DNA of 64,000 nucleotides from Deltaproteobacteria bacterium. GTDB lineage: Bacteria; Myxococcota_A; Polyangia; Polyangiales; JADJMO01. Location of the stretch: the NCBI GenBank assembly GCA_022843175.1, contig JALHOE010000006.1, positions 13,985 to 77,984 of the forward strand, given 5' to 3'. Position 1 is the first letter of the stretch. Every line of letters starts with the position of its first letter. Shown in pieces: positions 17,881 through 25,560 of the stretch. A program made the position numbers and the translations under genes. The notes under the pieces are model-generated. The model was given only the letters and a program-made list of their open reading frames with translations, was not told the DNA's origin and did no database searches.

Positions 17881-19610
17881 AGCGCACCTGCCTTGCGGAA
17901 GCGAAACGCGTCGGTCTGCGTGAGCGCGACGACCAGCTCGCGGACGTCGTAGTTCGCCTTGGCGAACGCCTCCTCGAGGCGTTGGAGCGAGCACTGGTCC
18001 GCCTCGGCCTCGCCGCGCCCGTAGGCGAAGCGGAACCACTGGGTGACCATGCACGCCTTGACCTGCTGGCTCTTGGCGAGCTTCTTCGCGAGCTCGACGC
18101 CGCCGGTGAACGTCCCGTCGGCGTCGGTGGACGCGAACACCTCGCCGTGGGCGTCGACGTCGAACTTGCCGTCCTTGGTGCGGTAGCGACCGATCGCGTC
18201 GTAGTGCTCGAACCCGAAGCCGATCGGATCCATCAGCTTGTGGCAGCCGGTACAAGCCGGGTTCACCGAGTGCTCCTTGAAGCGATCGCGGGTGGACAGG
18301 CCGGGGTCGAGATCGGGCGGCTCGATCACGATGTCGTTCGGCGGCGGCGGCAGCTGCATGCAGAGGAGCCGCTCGCGCACGAACTTGCCGCGGTGCACCG
18401 GCGACGACTGGTTCGACTTGGCGTGGAGCGCGAGCACCGACGGCTGGGTGAGGATCCCCGCGCGCTGCGCCGGATCGAGCGCGACCCGGGCGAACCCGCT
18501 GCTGCTCGGCGCGCTCACGCCGTAGAGGCCGGCGAGCTTGCTGTCGACGAAGCTGTAGGGCGCGAGCAGCATCTCGTCGAACGAGCCGGTCTGGAAGAAG
18601 ACGCTGTCGAGGAAGGTCTCGGTCTCCTGCTTCATCGACGTGCGCAGCGCGGCGTCGAAGTCGGGGAACAGCGCCGGATCCTTGGACGCGGTCTCGAGCT
18701 TGCCGAGTTCGAGCCACTGCGCGTGGAAGTTCGCGATCGAGTGCTTGGCGCGGGGATCCTTCAGCATCCTTCGCGCGACCTCGGCGATCCCCTCGGCGGT
18801 CGCGAGCTTGCCGCTCTCGGCGTCCGCGAGGAGCGCGTCGTCGGGCGTCGACGCGAACAAGAGGAACGAGAGCCGGCTCGCCTGCTCGTAGCCCGTCAGC
18901 TGCACCACGCCGTCCTTGAGCGTGGCCGGATCGCCGTGCTCGACGCGGTACATGAAGAACGGCGACTGGAGCATCCGCTGAATCACCAGCGCGATGCCCT
19001 GCGCGTACCCGCCGTCGGCGCGCCCCTTCTCGAAGAGCGCCACGAGCTCTCCGATCTCCTGCTCGGACAACGCGCGGCGCCACGCGCGTTTGCCCCAGGT
19101 GGTGACGAAGCGGCGCGCGCAGGTGGCCTCGCCCTCCTTCGCGGTGTCACATGCAGGTGCGAGGGTGGCGAGTTTTGTCGCCGCCGTCCCCGCCACCTTC
19201 TCGGCGGCCTCCATCAGCTGCTCGGCGAGCAGCCCGCTCATCCCGAGGGCGTCCGCGTTGTTGTCGAAGCCCAGCGACTCCTCCTCGGGGACGAAGGAGC
19301 GCGCCGGCTTGCTGTTGTCGCCGAGCAAGTCGCGGACGGCGTTGTCGATCTCGAGGCGCGTGAGCCGGCGAATCGGCGAGCGACCGGGTTCGATCGCCCC
19401 TTTGCACTGCGGGCTCTGCTGGGTGCCCGGCGGCCGCGGATCGTCCGGCGATCCGACGCGTCCCGAGTCGTCTCCGATCGTGCCCGTACACCCCGCGACG
19501 AACGCGAGGCCGACCGAGGCGCACATCGTCACCGCAAACTTCAGATTTCGCGAGGCGGTTCGCGGTATCGTTGTTGCGAGCGTTCGGACCACGTCGGTAC
19601 GCTGCTGCAT
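17877..19610 (-). CDS. DUF1587/DUF1592/DUF1595/DUF1588/DUF1585-family lipoprotein
   Basis: Matches are IRRLTRLEIDNAVRDLLG, FVTTWGKRAWRRALSEQE, AGILTQPSVLALHAKSNQSSPVHRGKFVRERLL and NPACTGCHKLMDPIGFGFEHYDAIGRYR. A lipobox FVAGC is present. The start is uncertain: ATG 19610, GTG 19592 or ATG 19526. Confidence 0.85.
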   Translation of the reverse strand: MQQRTDVVRTLATTIPRTASRNLKFAVTMCASVGLAFVAGCTGTIGDDSGRVGSPDDPRPPGTQQSPQCKGAIEPGRSPIRRLTRLEIDNAVRDLLGDNSKPARSFVPEEESLGFDNNADALGMSGLLAEQLMEAAEKVAGTAATKLATLAPACDTAKEGEATCARRFVTTWGKRAWRRALSEQEIGELVALFEKGRADGGYAQGIALVIQRMLQSPFFMYRVEHGDPATLKDGVVQLTGYEQASRLSFLLFASTPDDALLADAESGKLATAEGIAEVARRMLKDPRAKHSIANFHAQWLELGKLETASKDPALFPDFDAALRTSMKQETETFLDSVFFQTGSFDEMLLAPYSFVDSKLAGLYGVSAPSSSGFARVALDPAQRAGILTQPSVLALHAKSNQSSPVHRGKFVRERLLCMQLPPPPNDIVIEPPDLDPGLSTRDRFKEHSVNPACTGCHKLMDPIGFGFEHYDAIGRYRTKDGKFDVDAHGEVFASTDADGTFTGGVELAKKLAKSQQVKACMVTQWFRFAYGRGEAEADQCSLQRLEEAFAKANYDVRELVVALTQTDAFRFRKAGAL

Positions 19611-19652
19611 CCCGTTGGGTCCGAGCAACGACCGCGCCTGCGAGACCACGAA

Positions 19653-21077
19653 ATGCGCGACGCTGGAAAATTCCTCAAACACCTCATCTTCGCAGCAGTC
19701 GCAGTCGCAACCCTCATCCTCGGTTTCTCCGCGGCGTTGCCCGGGGAAGCGCGAGCTGCCGACCGTGTGGTCGTCTTTCATGCCGAGGGCGATGGCGCCG
19801 ACGCCATCGCCGACGACGTCAAGGACGGGATGCCCAAGGGGCTCGTCGCCGGCGATCCGAAGAAGTTCGAGACCGCGCTCGGCAAGGCCGGTCACAAGGG
19901 CGCGATGGGCAAGGCGCTCGACAGCACCAAGACGCGCGACAAGCTGGTGGAGAAGATCCGCAAGGCCGCGCAGTCCGCGAAGGCCGACGTCGTCGTCGTC
20001 ATTCGCGTGAAGAAGAACAAGAAGGATCGGACGGTCACCCTCCTCGTCGTCGATCCCGCGTCGAGCGCGCTCGCCCGCGAGGACGAGATCACCCTTCCGC
20101 TCAAGAAGGGCAAGGACGACAGCAAGGCGGTGATCGCCTCGGTGACGCCCGCGCTCGAGAAGTTCGGCACCGCGACGCCGCCCCCGCCGCCGCCGAAGAA
20201 GGACGACGACAAGAAGGACGACAAGAAGGACGACAAGAAAGACGATAAGAAGGACGACGACGACGACGACAAGAAGAAGGACGACAAGAAGGACGACGAC
20301 GACAAGAAGAAGGACGAGCCCGCGCCGTCCGACCGCAAGGTCTCCGATCCGGCCCACTCGCTCTTCGTCATCGGCGCGGGCGTCGAGCTCGGCATCCGGC
20401 AGTTCGAGTACAACCAGCCGATCACCAAGAACCTCCGCGCCTACCGAGTCGTCGGAGCGCCGATGCTGGGCCTCAACGGCGAGCTCTATCCCCTCGCCGG
20501 GAGCAAGGGACCGCTCGCGGGCATCGGCATCATCGCGAACTACGCCCAGGCGCTCGCGCTCCAGTCGGCCGCGGCCGGCGGGGCCAAGGTGTCGACGCGC
20601 TGGAACCGCTACCTGATCGGACTTCGCTATCGGATCGTGCTCAGCGACAAGGGCGCATACATCGCGCCGACCGTCGCCTACGGCGGCCAGAACTTCACGT
20701 TCAGCGGCCTCGACGACAAGACCAACCGCGAGTCACCGGCCGCGCGCTACAGCTACTTCCGACTCGGAATCGACGGGCGAATCCCCCTCGGCCCCGTCGG
20801 GATCATGGCGGGGTTCGGCTACCTGGTGACCTCGGTGCCCAAGGGCAACGAGAACATCGAGCTCGTGTCCGGTCGCTTCCCCAACGTCAGCGTCGGCGGC
20901 ATCGACGCCGACATCGGGCTCGGGATTGGTGTGACCAAGGGCCTCGAGGCACGCTTGATGTTCCACTACTCGCGCTTCTTCTACTCCATGAATCCCACGC
21001 CGGGCGACACGTACGTGGCCGGCGGCGCGCTCGATCAGCTCTCCAGCCTTCATATTGGAGCTGCGTATGTCTACTAG
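19653..21077 (+). CDS. Outer-membrane beta-barrel protein with N-terminal soluble domain and K/D-rich linker
   Basis: The ATG at 19653 gives MRDAGKFLKHLIFAAVAVATLILGFSAALPGEARA, which reads as a signal peptide. A PPPPPPKKDDDKKDDKKDD... linker follows. The C-terminal half has alternating beta strands and ends in IGAAYVY (terminal aromatic). It is the tail of track ORF 17982..21077. Confidence 0.75.
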   Translation: MRDAGKFLKHLIFAAVAVATLILGFSAALPGEARAADRVVVFHAEGDGADAIADDVKDGMPKGLVAGDPKKFETALGKAGHKGAMGKALDSTKTRDKLVEKIRKAAQSAKADVVVVIRVKKNKKDRTVTLLVVDPASSALAREDEITLPLKKGKDDSKAVIASVTPALEKFGTATPPPPPPKKDDDKKDDKKDDKKDDKKDDDDDDKKKDDKKDDDDKKKDEPAPSDRKVSDPAHSLFVIGAGVELGIRQFEYNQPITKNLRAYRVVGAPMLGLNGELYPLAGSKGPLAGIGIIANYAQALALQSAAAGGAKVSTRWNRYLIGLRYRIVLSDKGAYIAPTVAYGGQNFTFSGLDDKTNRESPAARYSYFRLGIDGRIPLGPVGIMAGFGYLVTSVPKGNENIELVSGRFPNVSVGGIDADIGLGIGVTKGLEARLMFHYSRFFYSMNPTPGDTYVAGGALDQLSSLHIGAAYVY

Positions 21078-21594
21078 GTTCACCCTTGCTTCGATCGGTG
21101 CTCTCGCGCTCGCGGCGCTCGGCGGCGCGATCGTCGGCTGTCCCGGCACGCTCGACGACGAGTCCCGCTTCACGACCGACGGCGGCACGCAGCCGGCGAC
21201 CTGCACCGACGCTCCGACGGTGGTCTTCGTCCCGAGCTGCGCCACGGCCGGATGCCACAACAAGGCCGACTCACCCTCGTCCGGCGGGCTCGATCTCGAG
21301 AGCCCCGGCATCGTCGCGCGCACCAAGGACGTGAAGGCGAAGGGTGGGTCGGGGCTGCTGATCGACTCGGCCAACCCCGACAAGAGCGTCATCTACACCA
21401 AGATGAAGAGCCCGGCGCCGTTCGGAGCCCGCATGCCCCTCGGCGCGATGCAGCTCCCGGCCGACAAGCTCGACTGCGTACTGAACTGGATCAAGAAGGA
21501 GGCGGGGGGCCCGGGCCCCGCCGACACGGGGACCGCCCCCATGGACACCGGGGCCACGGACACCGGCGCCGCCGACGCGCCCGCGGGGGGCTGA
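21067..21594 (+). CDS. Small lipoprotein with PSCyt1-like (planctomycete cytochrome c-like) domain carrying CX4CH
   Basis: The ATG at 21067 overlaps the OMP gene by 11 nt. A lipobox AIVGC is present. VVFVPSCATAGCHNKADSPSSGGLDLES...ARMPLGAMQLPADKLDCVLNWIKKEA resembles the PSCyt1 pattern (C..CH...GGL.L...MP...L...WI). Confidence 0.6.
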   Translation: MSTRFTLASIGALALAALGGAIVGCPGTLDDESRFTTDGGTQPATCTDAPTVVFVPSCATAGCHNKADSPSSGGLDLESPGIVARTKDVKAKGGSGLLIDSANPDKSVIYTKMKSPAPFGARMPLGAMQLPADKLDCVLNWIKKEAGGPGPADTGTAPMDTGATDTGAADAPAGG

Positions 21595-21664
21595 GCCGTC
21601 ACGTCGGCGGGACGACTGACCACCCGGTCGTCACGCCGTCATGACGGTCAGAGCCGCGAGTCCC

Positions 21665-22402
21665 TCAATCGAACGCGTCGAGGATACGCCCCTCGAGGAT
21701 GCGCTTCGGGCCGTCGATGAAGAGCCTCGTGACCGTGGCTTCGTCGTGGAGCGTGCGGAGCCGATCGATCGCGCGCGCGACGCCGTCGGCGTCCTCCGGG
21801 CGGTGGGCGTCGCTGCATGCGGCGTAGTACGCCTCGTGTTCGAGCAGGATCTCGGCGGTGCGCTGCGCCTTGCTGCCGTACTTGCCGACGAGCGCAGCCA
21901 CGTCGAGGAGGAGCACGCCGCCGGCGCGCCGGAGGCTCTCGCTCTGACCGCGCGGGTCCTTCATGACGGGCTCGTAGCGCTCGGGGTGCGCGACCACCGG
22001 TCGCAGCCGCTTCATGCGGAGATCGAAGAATCGATCCTTGAGGGCGATCGGAAAGCGATCGTTCGCGAACTCGACGAGGGCGGCGCGGCCGATGCCGTAG
22101 GGAAGCCCCTCGCCGCGGACGAGCAACCCGTAGACCGTGTCGTCGAAGAAGTGCTCGGCCGCGAGGCTGACCGCCGGCAGGTTGGGTTCGCCGGCCAGAC
22201 GCGGCGAGAGCGCGGCAAAGGCTTCGCGCAAGCGGCCGGGCTGGTTGTCGAACATCGACGGGCGGATGTGCGGGGTCGCGACCACGTGGTCGAACCCGAC
22301 CGCCCGAAGGCCGCGCAGCAGGGCCACCGAGTCGTCCTCTGCCCGCACCCCGTCGTCGACGGCGGGGATGTAGTGACAGTGGAGGTCGACGAAGCCGCGC
22401 AC
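21665..22402 (-). CDS. PHP-domain protein-tyrosine phosphatase (CpsB/YwqE family)
   Basis: 245 aa. The translation is VDLHCHYIPAVDDG...VVATPHI...VAHPERY...CSDAH. The His/Asp metal-ligand pattern is that of CpsB-type phosphatases. The start is GTG. Confidence 0.82.
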   Translation of the reverse strand: MRGFVDLHCHYIPAVDDGVRAEDDSVALLRGLRAVGFDHVVATPHIRPSMFDNQPGRLREAFAALSPRLAGEPNLPAVSLAAEHFFDDTVYGLLVRGEGLPYGIGRAALVEFANDRFPIALKDRFFDLRMKRLRPVVAHPERYEPVMKDPRGQSESLRRAGGVLLLDVAALVGKYGSKAQRTAEILLEHEAYYAACSDAHRPEDADGVARAIDRLRTLHDEATVTRLFIDGPKRILEGRILDAFD

Positions 22403-22454
22403 GGGGGCTTGGGTGTATCACGGCGCCGGCGAATTCACGGATAGACTCGGAGCA

Positions 22455-23717
22455 GTGCCCCTCGACCTCGGCCGTCGCCTCCTCGCTGCCGGCACCGTCG
22501 TTCCCGGCGAGGCGCGGCGCGCCCTGTTCGACGCGATCACCACGGAAAAGCCGTTTCCCCGCGCCCTCGCCGACAGCTCGGTCGCCGCACGCGCGCTGCT
22601 CGGGAGCGCGCTGGCGGACGGCGAGCACCCCGCGCTTCGGGGCGTCGTCCCCGACCGCGAGTTGTGCTCCCAACTCCCGCCGGGGCTCGCGGCGCGCCTG
22701 TTGGCGATCCCCGTCCGGCGGGATCCGCGCACCAGGGTCGTCGATTTCGCCGTCGTCGATCCGCTCGACGGCCACCTGGCCAGCGAGCTCGCGTTTCACG
22801 TCGGGGGCAAGGTCCGGCTGCTCGCCGCGCCGCTCGCCGAGCTCGAGAGAGCGCTCCTGCTCCTTCCGCCACGATTCCAGCGAACGACGACCGCAGACTT
22901 CGAGGCCGCGCCGCCCAGCCCGCCGGCCCCGGCGCGACCGCCCGAGGTGCGCGCGCTCGTCCAGCCGGTGAGTCAGCCGCACGATGACGCGGTTCCGCTC
23001 GTGCGCCGAGCGGGGGGCGGGGCCTCGCCGTCGATGGGGCCGCCTCGGCCCGCCTCCGAACCGCCCGAGGCGATCCCGCTGTCGCGCACCCGGGTGTCGA
23101 TCGCGCCGCCGAACACCACGCCGATCGAGCAGCCCGAGGAGAAGGCCGACGCGGCGCCCGTGCAAATGATCGTCGACTTCCGGCGCGCGTCGCGCGCCGA
23201 GAGGAGCGAGAGCGAGCAGGGGGTGGTCAAGCGGAAGCTGGAGCCGAGGCGTCCGCCGTTCTCGTCGCTCACGAAGGTGCTCGAGGCGATCGACGCGGCG
23301 GGCGACCGCGCGGCGCTGATCGAGGCGATCCTGCGCGGACTGCTCACCACCTCGGTCGCCGCGGCGCTGTTCGCGCCACGCAAGGGGAGCTTCGTCGGCG
23401 TCGGTGCCATCGGCGACGTGGAGCCGGAGCGCATCCGCACGGCGACGGTCCCGCCGATCGGCGCGGTCGCCGACGCGATCGCCAAGAACGAGCGCCTCGG
23501 CACGCTCGATCCGCAGACGGACAGGGACCTCTACGTCGCGCTCGGCCTCGAGCGCTTCTCGTCGGTCCACGTGCTCATTCATCCCGCGTTCGTCGCCGAC
23601 CGGGCCGCGCTGCTGCTCGTGTCGTTCGGCCTCGGGGACGTGCTCGAAGCCACCCGCCGCGCGCGTGTGTTGTCCACGTCTGCGGCGGCGGCAATGGAGC
23701 GGATGATCCGCAAGTAG
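22455..23717 (+). CDS. Hypothetical protein with T2SS-E N-terminal (MshEN)-like domain and Pro-rich linker
   Basis: PLDLGRRLLAAGTVVPGEARRALFDA...LPPGLAARLLAIPVRRDPRTRVVDFAVVDPLD...VRLLAAPLAELERAL resembles the GspE_N fold pattern. The start is ambiguous (GTG 22413 or GTG 22455). The function is unknown. Confidence 0.5.
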   Translation: MPLDLGRRLLAAGTVVPGEARRALFDAITTEKPFPRALADSSVAARALLGSALADGEHPALRGVVPDRELCSQLPPGLAARLLAIPVRRDPRTRVVDFAVVDPLDGHLASELAFHVGGKVRLLAAPLAELERALLLLPPRFQRTTTADFEAAPPSPPAPARPPEVRALVQPVSQPHDDAVPLVRRAGGGASPSMGPPRPASEPPEAIPLSRTRVSIAPPNTTPIEQPEEKADAAPVQMIVDFRRASRAERSESEQGVVKRKLEPRRPPFSSLTKVLEAIDAAGDRAALIEAILRGLLTTSVAAALFAPRKGSFVGVGAIGDVEPERIRTATVPPIGAVADAIAKNERLGTLDPQTDRDLYVALGLERFSSVHVLIHPAFVADRAALLLVSFGLGDVLEATRRARVLSTSAAAAMERMIRK

Positions 23718-23732
23718 CTCGTCGACGGCTCG

Positions 23733-24026
23733 CTACATGCCCTTCTTGACCTTGTCGAGATCCGCCTGCTCGAGGGCGAAGCGGATGAGCGCGCTGCGGT
23801 TCGCCTTGGTGAACCCGCGCCGCTTGAGCTCGTCGACCATGCCGTCGAGGCGCGCCAGGTCCTCGTTGTAGAGCGAGATGCAGATCACCTTGTAGTGCGC
23901 GGGCCGCTCCTCCTCGACCGCGCGCAGCTCGGCGCGCGGCTGCACCGCTCGCGCCTTGTAGTACGTGCCCGAGAGAACCTCGGCGACCTCTTCTCCGTCG
24001 AACAGCTTCTTCGTCGCGCCGCTCAT
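23733..24026 (-). CDS. Ribbon-helix-helix (CopG/ParG-like) DNA-binding protein
   Basis: 97 aa. The ATG is preceded by a GAGGAGGA Shine-Dalgarno sequence. The C-terminal sequence YKVICISLYNEDLARLDGMVDELKRRGFTKANRSALIRFALEQ has the RHH strand-helix-helix pattern. It lies 11 nt downstream of the ParA-like gene. Confidence 0.72.
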   Translation of the reverse strand: MSGATKKLFDGEEVAEVLSGTYYKARAVQPRAELRAVEEERPAHYKVICISLYNEDLARLDGMVDELKRRGFTKANRSALIRFALEQADLDKVKKGM

Positions 24027-24037
24027 GGTCTTCCTCC

Positions 24038-25165
24038 TCAGGCCACCGCGACGTCGAGGTCGCTGCTGGTTTCGCCGCTGTCGATTCCGTTGAGAAGCGC
24101 GTCGACCACGACCTCGTAGTCGCGCGCTGCGTTCGAGTCCCCTGCCCACTCGAAGATGGTCTTCTGCTGGGCCGGCGCCTCTTTGATCTTCGCCGTCGCG
24201 CGCACCGGCGGCAGGCACAGCTTGCCGAAGTGCTCCCGCAGCGTGGAGAGCGCGTCCTGACAGATCTTCGCGCGCGCGTCGTACATCGTCGGGACGACCG
24301 CGCCGATGCGCACCGGGTGGTGGAGCAGCTGGTTGACGTGCTTGACGGTCCGCAACACCTGCCGGACGCCGACCAGCGACAGGTAGTCGCACGCCACGGG
24401 GATGATCAGCGACTCGGCGAACACCAGGGCGTTCTGGTTCATCAGCGACAGCGACGGGCTGCAGTCGAGCACCACCACGTCGTAGAGCTGCGAGGTCGAG
24501 GACAACCGATCGCGCAGGACGCGATCGCGCTCGCGGCGACCGGCGAGGTAGAGCTCGGCGGCGGCGAGGGTCTCGTTGGAGCCGAGCACGTCGAGGTTGG
24601 TGCGCACGGGCTGAGCGGCCTCGGCCGGCGCGAGGCCCATCACCAGGACGTGATAGAGCGACTTCTCGCACCGGAGCCCGAGCGACGCGGCGACGTTGCC
24701 CTGGGCGTCGGTGTCGACCAGCAGGACGCGCTTGCCGCGCGCGGCGAGGCCCGCCGCCACGCTCACCGCAGTGGTGGTCTTGCCGGTGCCGCCCTTGTGG
24801 TTGAAGACCGCGATACGCCGCGGGAGGCGGTCGCCCGGCCCGCGCGAGAGAGGCGGGCTCGGCGCCGGCCCCTGGAGCTTCTCGCCGAGACGCGCGCCGT
24901 TGGCCTCCGCGAGCAGCTGCTCGCGGCACTCCATCCGGCAGGCGTACTGACGGGCGCCCCGCGAGGCGACGACCTGCGAGACCAGCTCGACGACGAACCG
25001 CTTGCCGCACGCCGCGCACGGCACGCCGCGCGAGTCGGTCGCGCTCGCCTCATAGCACCCCCGCGAGCAGAAATAGGAGAACGCGCCGTCGCGTTCCTCC
25101 ATCTGCCACCGCAGCTGGACATCGAACTGCTTGCTGCACACGCTGCAGGTCTCCGCGATCGCCAT
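24038..25165 (-). CDS. ParA/MinD-family ATPase with N-terminal tandem zinc-ribbon (TRASH-pattern) domains
   Basis: 375 aa. It has the deviant Walker A FNHKGGTGKTTTA and LLVDTDAQGN. The N-terminal 80 aa contain C7-x2-C10-x22-C33-x3-C37 and C50-x2-C53-x22-C76-x3-C80. Confidence 0.85.
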   Translation of the reverse strand: MAIAETCSVCSKQFDVQLRWQMEERDGAFSYFCSRGCYEASATDSRGVPCAACGKRFVVELVSQVVASRGARQYACRMECREQLLAEANGARLGEKLQGPAPSPPLSRGPGDRLPRRIAVFNHKGGTGKTTTAVSVAAGLAARGKRVLLVDTDAQGNVAASLGLRCEKSLYHVLVMGLAPAEAAQPVRTNLDVLGSNETLAAAELYLAGRRERDRVLRDRLSSTSQLYDVVVLDCSPSLSLMNQNALVFAESLIIPVACDYLSLVGVRQVLRTVKHVNQLLHHPVRIGAVVPTMYDARAKICQDALSTLREHFGKLCLPPVRATAKIKEAPAQQKTIFEWAGDSNAARDYEVVVDALLNGIDSGETSSDLDVAVA

Positions 25166-25447
25166 CCGCGCTTCTCCTTGCCATCGCGTCGCACCGAGGA
25201 GCCCCGACCAGCGGGACCACCGAGCTACGCAAGTGCTTATGGGTGTGGCGTTATCTGTGAGCGTCGGCGCGGGCCAAAAAAGATGTCGTCGTTCGCGCGT
25301 GCAGCGCCCGGCGCCGAGCCCCGAGCGCCCGGGGCCGGTTCTCCGTTCTCGGCGCTCGGCCCCGGGCGCTCGGCGGGAATGAAGCGGCCAACGCCCGTGT
25401 TAGGGGTCGCGCCGGGCTCGCTGGCGCAGTTCCACCCGGCAATTCCG

Positions 25448-25475
25448 TTGACTAAACAAACGTCCCGCTTAGGAT
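25448..25475 (+). promoter_or_regulatory. Candidate sigma70-type promoter upstream of the ABC operon
   Basis: TTGACT lies at 25448-25453, followed by a 16-nt spacer and TAGGAT at 25470-25475, in the locally AT-richest part of the intergenic region. This is a pattern match only. Confidence 0.25.
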
Positions 25476-25560
25476 GCGCGGCGCTCGCCGCCCCCCGCGG
25501 ACGAGGCGGCACGCGTGTCTCGCGCGACTTTCGACCTTTGAGAAGAAAGAAAGCGGCTCG

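Noticed and set aside
17982-19652. The first ~557 codons of the 1031-aa track ORF 17982..21077.
   Set aside because: This part is antisense to the DUF1592-family gene and has shadow-frame composition. A convincing signal peptide starts only at the ATG at 19653, so only the 3' part is called.
21611-21647. A GACGAC...GTCGTC hairpin and the 12-bp palindrome CCGTCATGACGG between convergent genes, as a possible terminator.
   Set aside because: The stems are short (6 bp), there is no U-tract, and such palindromes are expected by chance in GC-rich DNA. It is not strong enough to annotate.
24038-25165. The ParA-like ATPase as the missing BY-kinase partner of the nearby PHP tyrosine phosphatase.
   Set aside because: The Walker A is the ParA-type KGGTGKT, there is no Walker A' or C-terminal tyrosine-rich cluster, and the gene is paired with an RHH gene instead.
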